Source: Adineta vaga | Lineage: Eukaryota > Animalia > Rotifera | Reading direction: 5' to 3' | Assembly: GCA_021613535.1 (NCBI GenBank) | Contig: CP075497.1 | Location: forward strand, 12,896,001 to 12,960,000 | DNA length: 64,000 bases | In this document: piece by piece, positions 27,988 through 40,366 of the stretch | How the letters are laid out: each line of letters begins with the position of its first letter | Position numbering within the stretch: position 1 is the stretch's first letter | Notes under the pieces: generated by a model | Told to the model about the DNA's origin: nothing | Seen by the model: the letters and a program-made list of their open reading frames with translations, nothing else | The model's database searches: none | Program-made: the position numbers and the translations under genes

Positions 27988-29368
27988 TACAGACTACGAT
28001 ATATGATATTTATGAAAAGGACACACTGACCCATACTACCTGAACTCTGCATACAACAATACGTCTATTCGATTAACAAAAAAGAAGGAAGAAAAAGAAA
28101 TGGAGATTGGAGATGTGATGCATTTATTTTTTATTTCAAACATTACATTAAAAAAAGACTTCATTCACATCTACTCTTATTTCTTTATGATACTTACAGT
28201 AAAAATATATTTGACATGCCTACTCAAACGACCATTACAGCATTTACTTTATGCAAATATATTTTTCATTTTAATTCTAAATGGAGTAGTCGACAGCTGC
28301 TACTGTCACGTTTCTTCTGCTTCTTTTCATTTCATAATTCATATTCAAAAAATATTTTCTTTAGATTATGACGTTAGTCGAAAACAGTACCATGAGAAGA
28401 ACAAAGAAAAACAATTACTGTTTTCTTTTCATTTATACAGTTCATTGAACATGATTTCTAGTAATGCACAAGTTAGTGTTGCTTTTTTCCACTTTATGGA
28501 ACTCAATATACCAGAATGAATGAATACTCAAAATGAGTTGGGTATTGGAGTTTACATATAACAACATCATTCTACTTTTCTCGTCTCGTGACAAACAAAT
28601 CTGAAAATTTGATTTTATTCATATATTTTCATATTGAAATAAACATCTCTCATATAAGATTCAATAGAATTGAGAACGATTTTCGGTTATTAAAAAGTCG
28701 AATCATTCATCCATTTTTATATGACGAGCTCTATGGCTATAAATCATGAAATTCTTTTTTACGGAAATTGATCAATCTGTTCTATGATTCCATGCACATA
28801 CCTTTGCAAAATTCATCTGAATTTTCAATTTTCTACACGGACATCGCCGTGTTATGATGCACAATTTTAACATAATAAAATACTTAGTGAGAAAAATAAG
28901 ATATTCTCCAGACGAATATGTGGGTAGCGTTTTAATTGACTTTTTGTTTGTTTTTCTATCCTCACACCTATTAGAAATGAATAAGCATAGATTCATGTGC
29001 ATGTAGTTATCGATCGAAGAAAAAGACGACGTGTATAGAAGTAAAATTAATGCAAATACTTCAAATGTCACTTCTGAGCATTTTAAAGTGAATGGCATTC
29101 GACACGATTGGATGAATAATAACAACAGCAGCAGTAGCTAGTTTTCATACTGCATCTGGAGTTTATGTATGCGAGTAAGGACATTTCATATGACAATCAT
29201 ATTAGTTTCATTTCATCTAATAGACACTTTTGTTGAATAAAACAACAACAAAATTCTCTACTGCCATATAATAGATGCTTTTTGTCTTATACTCGTGCAC
29301 AATATTCTCTGCTATCAAACACTATCAATAAAAGGAACGTGAGCAGCAGCATTCATCAACAACAGGTC

Positions 29369-32300
29369 ATGGCTGTAAGTAGAAGTATTATAAACACTGT
29401 TTAGAATAAAGGAGTGTTAAAGAATTAGAAACGAACTTTTTACACATGAACTATTGAATATTATAGAAGTAACTTTCCGATTATTAAATCATCCATTTCA
29501 CGAATATCAGGTTAAGTTTTTCTTATATAACTTGTTTTAAAATGAGAAATATAAAAGAATTCATATGAACAAAGTTTTTATTTTTATTTTTCTACAGAGG
29601 AGAAGTTCATGGAGCGTCCAATCTCTAGATCAATCAAAATCATTAACCGATTCAAATCAGGTAAATCTATTTACATTTTATTCTACATGTTTTCCGACTA
29701 ATACAGCAGTGTCACATATTCAGCGTTTTGTGCAGGATATACGCATATCGAAGAGTGAGGGTGCGTATCCAGATGGAAATAAATGAATCTCCTGCCGGAG
29801 ACCAGCTCGTCTCCTGAGAGAGCTGAGAGTGCATCTCCGATCAGCGGGATATGTGACACTACTCTAATCGAAGATTTTCTAATCTTCAATATGTACACTC
29901 TAATTAAAAAGTCTCTAATGTTTAGCAGACTGCTCGATCATCTAATATCCGACTGAATACACAGGAACTAAGATTGGTACCATCGGTTAATACAAACAGG
30001 TATGTACTTATTGTTATTAAAATGTTTTACCACATAACTTCTATTTAAACAGCAGCAAAAATCAAGTAATCAGAACAGCTCTGATTATTATGGGAATTAT
30101 GATTGGAATGGGTGTCGTGGGTACAGCCATCACGGTGCCTATACTTTTAACAGGTCAAACTGTTTCATCGACAATGACTACAATCAGTGAGTAATACGAC
30201 CAATTGTTGAGCACATTATTCTTAGAATATAATCTGTTGAAAATAATATCTACGCTTATTTACTAGAATTTTTTGTTATTTTTCATCCGAAAACGACGCT
30301 TAATACAATTCTGAAAGCGAAATATTTCTGAACTTTTCTTCATCGTACTTTTGTTAATTAGAAAGTAATCTGAAACAAAAGATATCAAAGTCTCGGGTAC
30401 TGAGAAAAGCTTCAAAACTGCACAAGTTTCTGATCAATATTTTAAATTCGAAATTTTACCTGATATACCTCTAATTTCGAACATATTTAATTACATTAAT
30501 AGTAGAGTATATAGAGACTGATTTTCAGTCGAAGAAATTGTGGACTTAATAAATTATAGTTGATAGAGCATAATAAATCGTTGAAAGAGAAAAACAGTTG
30601 TTAATTTCTTAATACACAGTCAATAGGAAACTGAGCTTATGGGAATTTGTTGATATAGCGAAAAGGTTTTTCAATTGTTTCTATATAACTTTCTAATAAG
30701 ATTGCCAATCTATTATCAAAAGGGTCTGATCTATCTTGATGAAGATCTTCACCAACGAAATCTCATCACACATAGTTATTTGAAAAAGTCTATATATATG
30801 ACAAGTTTCCGGCAAAAAATCTTTAACCGACAGATAAGCATTTTCTCTTTTTACGAATTATTTGTGACATAGACCATTCTATGTAGTAAAAACAGATTTT
30901 TCACAAATGTATTTTACAGTATATCTTTGGTATGGTTTTGTTGTTATATTGTAAAAACTCATATAGTATATAGTAATATTTTAACAAAGTTCATAATGGC
31001 CACATTTTTTAAGCCTTCGATTTTCAATACATCACTTAGTTAAATAAATTGTTGTACATATGATAGGACTAGCAACGTCAAATGGAACATCAACAGCGCC
31101 TACATTATCAACAACGACGACAACTTCGACAGCGTCCACAGCATCAACGACGGCAACAACCTCAACAACTGGGGCAACCTCAACAACTGCGACAACATCA
31201 ACAACTGCAACAACTTCGACAGCGCCCACAGCATCAACGACGGCAACAACTTCGACAGCGCCCACAACCTCAACAACTGCGACAACATCAACGACGGCAA
31301 CAACATCAACGACGGCAACAACATCAACGACGGCAACAACTTCGACAGCGCCCACAACCTCAACGACGGCAACAACTTCGACAACGCCCACAACCTCAAC
31401 AACTGCGACAACATCAACGACGGCAACAACATCAACGACGGCAACAACTTCGACAGCGCCCACAACCTCAACGACGGCAACAACTTCGACAACGCCCACA
31501 ACCTCAACAACTGCGACAACATCAACAACTGCAACAACTTCGACAGCGCCCACAACCTCAACAACTGCGACAACATCAACGACGGCAACAACATCAACGA
31601 CGGCAACAACATCAACAACTGGGACAACTGCGACAACATCAACGACGGCAACAACATCAACGACGGCAACAACATCAACAACTGGGACAACATCAACGAC
31701 GGCAACAACATCAACAACTGGGACAACTGCGACAACATCAACGACGGCAACAACTGGGACAACCTCAACAACTGCGACAACATCAACGACGACAACAACT
31801 TCGACAGCGCCCACAACATCATCAAGTAAAAAAGTTTGAGAAATATTTAGTTAATAAGCGTAAATAGGTCACATCCTTCATCAGTAAGAATAAAAAAGAA
31901 CTTTTAAGTGCATTTTTTTGACGAGATAAAAATCTAGCTCACTTCCCTTGATTTAGATTTCAATATACATTACAAGCAAATTAGTACTAATCAGTTGAAA
32001 TCTCGAAATCATGTAGACTGAGCTGGATGAAGAAAAGTCAATCCATACTCTACTGTGCTATTAACTGATCTAATGTACAGTTTTATCTTCTAAAAGTTAT
32101 TCATTTCAGTCTATCTGAATCGTAATGAATGCCAGACAGGCTATGAGTGGCTCATCTAATCAAGATTCTTCGTATATACATTTCTATTTTTAATCCTAGT
32201 CATATCTATTTCTAATAATTGCTTTTCTTAAGTATACTGCACTTGCTTGTATTTATATAGATATAGGTAAAAAATAAGGAAGAAACATGATATATATGAC

Positions 32301-34168
32301 TCAGTAACTTATAATATTCAAACGCAAAACTATATGATAGCCAATAGAAACTTTTATCTAAATTCGAAAATCGATTCACGAATCAAAGTTCACAGTATAT
32401 GGATGTTCATCGTATAAATATTTTATTTTTTGTCCAATCAATAGTTTTATCTTTAAAGAACCCATGTTTGATCCATCATCTAGATCTCCATCTTTGACAA
32501 TACTGCTTGACAAGAATTTGTCTGAAATTTTCACTTTTTAAAGAATACTTATAAATTTAATTTATTCGTTTCTTTTTTCTTTAGCTACAACAGCTTCCTT
32601 GACTGATCCTTGTACGTACACGTAAACTATTTTTACTTCAATGTTAAAAAATTTTACTTCTTTTTCTTTTCATTTTCAGGTTCCAACAGAGTGTATTGGA
32701 ATATAACTCGTTCTCAATATTGGGGTGAGCATAACATTTTCTTATTAGTTTATAATCAATGAAATTAATTTGTATATATATATATTGATGCTCTTAGGCA
32801 CTGGTTCATCAAATATTGGTTTGACTCAATTATCTTCACCAACTGGCTTATTTATAGACATAACAAATAATAATTTATATATTGCTGATGGTGGCAACTA
32901 TCGTGTTATAAGACATTCACTTAGTGTTACCACTAATGCTCCTAGTGGTACTATTGTTGCAGGTATTACAAATATAACCGGAAATTCCTCGTTTTCGGAT
33001 CGATTTTCTACTGGTATACGTTATTCATATGTTGATTCGAGTCAAAATGTTTATGTGGCTGATGCTTACAATAATCGTGTTATGCGTTGGGCAAATGGTG
33101 CTTCCAGTGGTGTTATGGTGGCTGGTAATGGAACGTTCGGTTCTTCACTAAATCAAATATATTATCCATATGGTATATGGGTTGATTCAAGTTTAAATGT
33201 CTTTGTTGTAGAATATCAACAGAATCGTGTAACAAAATGGGCTCCAGGTGCAACTGCTGGAATAATTGTTGCTGGTATTACTGCCACAGCAGGTAAGAAG
33301 GGCAGTGAAAAATCAATTTTGATGTTTAATGAGATGAACTATCTGTAAAGACGACAAATATGGATATCATTTAGTTAAAATAGGATAGATTAATAACAAG
33401 AATTGAGATAAATTTGAACTAAAATATTCCAAATCATACAGTTGACGATTTCAATAACTTTTCTTTAACACAAATGACATCTTCAAAGTAAAATGTAGAA
33501 AAAGATTTTTTTGACAATACTCTATTGAACAAATATTCAGAATCTTGCTTATTTTTGCATAATATAAAGTTTAAAGAACACATTTTCAGATCATCCTAAT
33601 AAACCGTCATTTTCGAATATTGTTTAGCTCATGCATCAATGAATATTTTTAACTTGAAGAAGATTTGAAGCAGTCACTTTAAATCGTTGTTCTTGTCATA
33701 TTTTCTGTTAGATTTAAGATAACAACTTTTTTCTTTTCATTTTCATCATCAGGTAATTCTACGGATAAATTAGCAAGTCCTTCTGGTCTCTACTACGATG
33801 AAACAAATCAAGATTTATATATTGCGAACTCTGCTACCGCAACTTCTACAGTAATGAGATGGAAAGTTGGTGATCCGACTGGTACAATTATAGCGGGTGT
33901 TCCTGGATCTTCTGGAAATGCGGCAAATCAATTAAAGTCACCCATGTCAATCGTACTGGATCAGTGGAAAAATTTATATGTTGCTGATCGTTCGAATGGT
34001 CGAGTTCAACTATTTTGTAATGGTAATTCGACAGGTATTACTATTGCAGGTAGTGCTACTGGTGGAACCTCTCTAGCTGCACCATATGATGTCAAATTAG
34101 ACTCTAAACTTAATTTGTATGTTTCTGACAATAGTGGAGCTCGCGTTTCAAAATTCAGCAAAATATAA
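29369..34168 (+). CDS. Type II membrane protein with Thr-rich mucin stalk and C-terminal NHL-repeat beta-propeller, ~9 exons
   Basis: TM exon (~30053-30187, ALIIMGIMIGMGVVGTAITVPILL), Thr-rich exon ~31067-31825, NHL exons ~32798-33292 and ~33753-34168 (NLYIADGGNYRV, NVYVADAYNNRV, NLYVADRSNGRV). The 5' exon assignment is tentative. Confidence 0.75.
29704..29864. mobile_element. MITE (Tc1/mariner-like) in an intron
   Basis: TIRs CAGCAGTGTCACATATTCAGC / GCGGGATATGTGACACTACTC with a 12-bp perfect core, flanked by TA on both sides (29702-3, 29865-6). Confidence 0.65.
31090..31822 (+). repeat. Coding 18-bp tandem repeat (TTSTTA/TTSTAP units)
   Basis: ACAACATCAACGACGGCA and variants repeated in tandem. 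This explains the four overlapping ORFs. Confidence 0.92.
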
Positions 34169-34469
34169 TACCAAACAATTGAACTGACGTTTTCATAGTT
34201 ATTGATTTTCTCCATGTAGATTCAATCTTTTCTATAAACATTTTAACCGTGAAATCACAACTTTCTTCTTTCTTAAACTTTTCTTTCTATCCCTCTGTCT
34301 TTCTCTTTCATTTTTTTTTGTTGATCTCGGTGATAAGTCTTTTCATCACAGGACAAATCGTCGAATAAAATAATCGTTTGCACAATACTACAATATCTTA
34401 TAATACAATATAGCTATTTATTAGCGATTAATTTATTATTTTGATTTGTATTCATATTTTTATTCTAGT

Positions 34470-35570
34470 GGCTAATTTTGATAGACACGCTTTTCCTCTT
34501 CTCAAAAAAAACCTAAACAAAGTATATTATTCATTTCACTTGATTTCCATCAATTCCTTCAACAAGATTATTTGTCATTGGATCGAGTTCACATTGTATT
34601 GTAGCGAATATTTATTAACTATTTATTTATTGTCAATTATTATATTCATTTTAATTTTTCTAAACCTTTTCTACATGATAAGAAGAGTTGATATTCTTTA
34701 CTAGCACGTTCACTTCCAATTTCAATTACTTTTTCATAATATTCAACTACTATAATTCGTTTTGCTCAGAAAGTTCATACCATTCTCCAAAATTTAAGTA
34801 AACTTGAGTTTTTTTTTAAAGAAATTTCTAGACCTGTTTGAGCACAGAATTTGGCTATGCGCGCTGGTAATATTCCATTCCGATGTTCATATTACCTTGT
34901 AACGTAAAAATTCTGCCTCTGTTTCTAAGATATGTTACGTGAAGTGGATGATTATCACGACAATGTTGATCGAGAGTACCAAGTTGTGTTTTTCAAAACA
35001 GGATAACTCACAGTCTTTCGCTATATATCTTCCACACGAAATATTGTTGTCAAAAAAAAGAGTACTTCTTTTTCGTCTTGAAATTGACTATCTTCTGAAA
35101 TATCAGCAAAAGGATGTTGATATGTATTTGATCCTTCACTAATATAAATCTTTATGTGAAAAAGTACTAATTCCATCGTTGGATACGTCGCTTTATCACC
35201 TGCATAGGTTAAAGCAACTTGAGAATCTACACTCGTTGATAAAAATAAATTCATCGATATTAATTTCCCTAAATTCGCTTTTAATTTCATAAAATCATCT
35301 GAAGTCATTAATTGTCCATGATATACATTATATTCATCTATATTATAAGAAAGATTACGTTCCATATATAATCTATGTAATAAATGAAGTTGTTCATGTA
35401 AATCAAACAATGAAAAATCGACATGAAAAAAGTAGATCAATATTTTCTGTTCGAATTGCTTTATTTAATAATCGATAAACAAATGAATCACTTGTATACT
35501 TCACATGCTTGATATGTTTTTTTCAAAATGATCAATTCGTTCTAATTCGAGATCGTTGACCATATAGAAT
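34470..35570 (-). pseudogene. Mono-ADP-ribosyltransferase (ART)-TPR gene relic
   Basis: VYHGQLM...LISMNLFLSTS...HPFADISEDSQFQDEKEVLF...IFRV gives the ART R-STS-ExE layout. The flanks are broken by stops and frameshifts. Confidence 0.7.
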
Positions 35571-37078
35571 GGTGGATTTGGATTATAATTATGTAAGAAC
35601 AATATGATAAATATATTATCTTCACGTGGAACTGGTCCTTTCCACAGTTCAAATGTTACAGTAAGAAGAGGACATGAAATCCATTGATGAACAGGCCAAT
35701 CTGGTGACCAAAACCAACGATCTTTCTTATGATACTAAATGGGTGTTAGATCAATTCCAGCACCGAATTTGTACGCTCGACAGCTATTATCTGCACTAAG
35801 AAAAGATGGAATAGTACCTTTAAGAAGACATGTAAGCCAAGCAACACTTTCTGGAAATATTCCTGCTGCAAGTTTCAAAGTCATTTCAGATGTTGTAGAT
35901 TGAGATCGAAAACAATCATGAAAAATATGCATTAATGTAGTTGGAGACCAAAGTGAAAGTGTTACACTACCAATATTTAATTTTTTCTACCATTGATTAA
36001 TAGATTTCTTTCTAAATATTTCAGATTGTTGCACCACGAAATACGCCGCATTTGATACATTGTATCACATTTTCAACCATTTTTTTCGTTTTATAGATGG
36101 AAAAAAACAATCAAATGTAAAAAGTACACCTTATATATATATACATGATAGAATGACGAGTCAATGTTTTCATTACAAATAAAATAGAGAGTGATTTTTC
36201 GTTCGTAAAACATAATAGTTTACTTTTTATCTCAAAAATAAATAATGAAACAAAGTGAAGAGAATTCTAATCGATTGATAATCCATATTCATACTTTTCT
36301 TGCTATTACAAGAGGTCTATAGGTGTATCTCTATAACTATTTGCGCTGTCTACAACATGCGACAAAACATCAAACTCAAACTATTGAATGAAGTTGGGAA
36401 GAAAGGAAAAAAAACGTGAGTAGATATATGTGTGCAAGTATGTTGTTCTCATTTGAAATTAATCCTCGTTTTTTTATTGATATTTTTCATCAATCACAAG
36501 AAAATATCGAATTAATTATTAATGATTATATCAACAAGAAGAGCTTTTTTCCCTTGAACAAGTTTGTCGATTATTGAAAATGTCCTCATGCAGTACAGAA
36601 CTTCAACTCTACATCATTGTTGTGAACATGTAGTGATTTATCATTAATTGTAGATATGCTGAATATCATACAGTTTAGCGTGGTGTTTCGAAAGATATTC
36701 GTGAACATTATTGAGAAAGAGATTTATAATGTTCTTCAATCACCACTGTATTTAGGAAGAGAAAAAGTTCAAATAATATCTGAAATTGAAACTAAATATG
36801 GATCACATCATTTGTCTTTATAAATATCTGTCGGATATTCTTCACAAATCTATACATATAGGACGACATCTCCATCATTTCTATTCCTATATCGGTCATC
36901 CTGACCTTGAACCAATCAAATTCATTTACAAGAAGTTATAAATATCAATTCATTTCTTCAGTTGTTAATAACTATAATATGCTTTCGTTCATAACACGTT
37001 GCTTCAATACTACTTCTCAAAGGTATAACGTCATAAGATTTAGATCATTATAATGATACTTATGTTCCTTATTTGTAG

Positions 37079-38067
37079 AATTCCACGACAAGGTTCTCAA
37101 CAATCATATTCAACTAATGAAGTGAAATCAAATGAGAAAAAATATTTCAAATTAATTTCATGGAATATTGATGGACTTGATAAACTTCAAGAAACTTTAC
37201 GAGAACGTACTTCTAGTGTTATTAATGTTATTAAACAGTAAGAATTTCTCGTGAGAATTGAAGTGATATTTATATAGATTATTTTTAGAGAAGAACCAGA
37301 TGCAATCTTTTTTCAAGAAGTTATTCCAAAATCACTTGATTTACTTAAAACTCATCTAGATGATTATGATTTTTATACAGGTAATCATAAAAATTATTTT
37401 GTGTCGATTTTTACTCGACGTGAAACATTGAAAGTAAAAAAACACCAAATATTTTCTTATCCTGAGACAATAATGTCTCGAAATCTTTTAATTGTTCATG
37501 TGAGTTATTGATCTGCTTCTTTCAAACAGCTTTTATTTGATACATTTTAGGCTTTATATAACAATTCGATAGAAATTGATTTGATGACATCTCATCTTGA
37601 AAGTGGCGAAACATTCGTCAATGAACGTATTCCACAATTGAAATTCTGTTTTGAAAAGATGATCAATGCTCCAAAAAATCGAATTGTTCTTTTCGGTGGT
37701 GATTTAAATATTCATAACAATGAAGTAAGATGTTCAATCTAATGAAAGCAGAACTTTGAATTTTCTATTTTAGTTACAACAAATAGGTGATATTCCAGAT
37801 AATATTAATGATCTATGGATGGTAATGAGTAAAAATGAAAAATGGGCTTATACATGGGATACGCAATCAAATACAAACTTGAACTTTTCACGTGATTGTT
37901 TTTTACCTCGTTATCGTTTTGATCGAATTTATGTTCGATCAGCAAAAGCAACATCTAGATTTCATTTTAAACCAATTTCTTTCAAACTTCAAGGTCTTGA
38001 AATGATTCCATCCATTCATCGATTCTGTTCGGACCATTGGGCGATACAAGTTGAATTCGAATTATAG
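37079..38067 (+). CDS. TDP2: Tyrosyl-DNA phosphodiesterase 2-like (EEP family), at least 4 exons, 5' end unresolved
   Basis: LISWNIDGLD, FFQEV, MSRNLL, TSHLES, FGGDLN, YTWDT, RFDRIY and SDHW motifs across GT-AG-joined exons. Confidence 0.8.
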
Positions 38068-38587
38068 CGAACATATTTGACTGAATGAATATCTTGAAAA
38101 TGTTTTATATTGTAAATAAAATGCAGAAAGTTCACATTTATCTTGATCCTTCAGAAATTTTCTTCTTATGGAATATTTTAGATCCATCTAAGCTTTTCAT
38201 TAGTTCATTACAATCGACATTTACTCAACAAATTTTCTCCTTCTAATTTCATGTAAAGTGTATAATAATCTATAGTTCTTATACATTTGCGCTTCGAATG
38301 TATTTCGAAATGTTTGTAGTAAAGTTTTCCATTTCATTTTTAAATTCAACAATAAGTATATGTAAAATTTCATCGTGTTCTTCCATGAATCGCTAGATAA
38401 GAATATTCTGTGAATTACATATCAATCTTTTCACGATATTGATTGACTTATTCTTTGATTTTAAGTTTAATTTCGTCAATATTGTTCTGCTAGGATAGTC
38501 GATACACAATTAATCTTTTTGTCGATGAATGAATTGTTTTTGTTTCGAAATGACGATTTTATTACTTGTCTTCTTGAATTGAAGATA

Positions 38588-38890
38588 TCATTCAATCAAT
38601 TCACTTGTCTCGGATATGATGTACGCAAATGTCGTGTAACCCGAATGTCGAAGTTTAATCCACCAGTGAAATCCACTTCGTGATGTTGTATCGCAAACTG
38701 TTTGAAGACATTCTTTAAAATAATTATCACAGCTATTTTGAGTAGAATCACATGTTTCATAACAAATATAATGTTTATCACAGCAGGGTATCATAGAATC
38801 CATGCGAAACAATTTTAAAGGTCCATTAATACTGAATTTACCCTCCGGACCACATCCATTTGTTTCACGGCGTTGACGTACTTTTGTCAA
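38588..38890 (-). pseudogene. Group XII secretory phospholipase A2-like fragment
   Basis: NGCGP...CCDKHYICYETC...CDNYFKECL. The HD dyad reads HY and there is no clear start. Confidence 0.6.
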
Positions 38891-39587
38891 GAATAGTTTC
38901 GTCTTTCAATCTCAAACAATATTTTATTAATATGATGAAATAATAATTTCGTTTGCTCATCGATCATATACATGTAACATATGTTGGTTTTTTGATGAAA
39001 AATGATTTGAAAAGAATGTTGAAATGTACACTAGTCGACGATCTTGCTTCTCGTTTTGCCAGATTCTTGTGATCATTATTACTCTTCATTCTACATCATA
39101 GTTCTTGATCGATTGACTGTCTGCAGCAACAACAGCTGATGAATGCAAGCAATGAAACCTTAAATCATAGATTTATAATGTGAAAGTAAAGAATGGATTT
39201 CTTTTATTAATCATACCAAAAACAAGATTGAATTCACTCAGAGATAAATCATTCAAACAAGAATCTTGGGTGTAGGTGAAAGTGAGGTTGATGATAGGAA
39301 TCTGAAGTAGTGAATCGCAGTAGTAACTGTTTTGTAGAAAAACATAACCACAATTGTCACTCTCTGCTATGTACGGCAGGAGATTAATGTAGATATTTCT
39401 AATTCACCATCAGGTACCTCGCTAGTATTTATATAAAAAATAGCTTCATTTCCTGTTTTTATTAGAATATCTTATCCTGTATGTCATCAAACCAAAAAGA
39501 AAAAGAATAATAGACAAACACAATTTAGATAAAAAAAGAACCTCGTATATAATTGTGAATAAATATTAAAACTTTAAAATTGTCAGC

Positions 39588-40304
39588 ATGTATATCGATT
39601 CTATATACGATGAAACTATTTCTTTAAATAATAAACCATTAAAATGGTACCATCATCGTTGGATTAAACTTAGTTGTATTTCATTAATGGTGTTAACACT
39701 TTTAGCATTATCTCTTTGTTTCTCATTGAAATTTATTGTGCAGAACGAAACGACATCATCTATTGTTACTACTATTCGCAATTCAAGTGAGTAAAGAATA
39801 TTTATATTCATTCATATCCTCAATTTTGTTTAGGGTGGTCTCGTACTGGTAATATACATCATGTACGATTTTCACATAAACCAATTTCATTACTCAATAA
39901 AAAAAGTGTTCATTTTTGATGGTGCTGATGCTGTTGGTCGTAGAGGTGGTAATGGTATCTTGAAAAGCGCTGAATTATACGATCCATTAACAGAAATTTG
40001 GACAATTACGGGCAGCATGAATATTGGACGAGATTGTCATCAAGCATGTGTATTACCAAATGGAAAAGTATTAGTTATGGGTGGAAACAATAATCCGGAT
40101 GCGACAAATAGTTCTAAATTGTATGATCCTGAAACAGGAAAATGGACATTAACTCGTGATATGCCTTTGCCGCGAACTGATCATAAAGCAGTTTTATTGA
40201 ACGATGGAAAAGTTTTAGTAGCTGGTGGATCTTACGGACAAACTTATTGTATTATATCAAACATAGACTCGTTCGTTTTTTTATTAATAAAGAATAGAGA
40301 GTGA
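39588..40304 (+). pseudogene. TM + Kelch-repeat gene, frameshifted and truncated
   Basis: N-terminal TM exon, then Kelch repeats (SAELYDPLTEIWTITGSM, LPNGKVLVMGG, LLNDGKVLVAGG). The frame changes at the A-run near 39900. Confidence 0.65.
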
Positions 40305-40344
40305 GGATGTGTTTGTCACATAACTACAGTATCCATACTCTCTA
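40295..40344. repeat. Telomere-like palindromic element between convergent stops
   Basis: TAGAGAGTGAGGAT ... ATCCATACTCTCTA (12/14 inverted match). Confidence 0.6.
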
Positions 40345-40366
40345 AGATAAAAAGAAAGTTTCGTGT

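Noticed and set aside
28100-29125. ORFs of 139 and 117 aa (also 54205-54624, 51268-51765, 477-734)
   Set aside because: No motifs, with F/I/L/K-rich composition typical of chance ORFs in AT-rich DNA.
31032-31867. Val-rich, Gln/Arg-rich and Leu-rich ORFs overlapping the Thr-rich exon
   Set aside because: Alternative frames of a stop-free 18-bp tandem repeat. Only the Thr frame has splice sites linking it to the TM and NHL exons.
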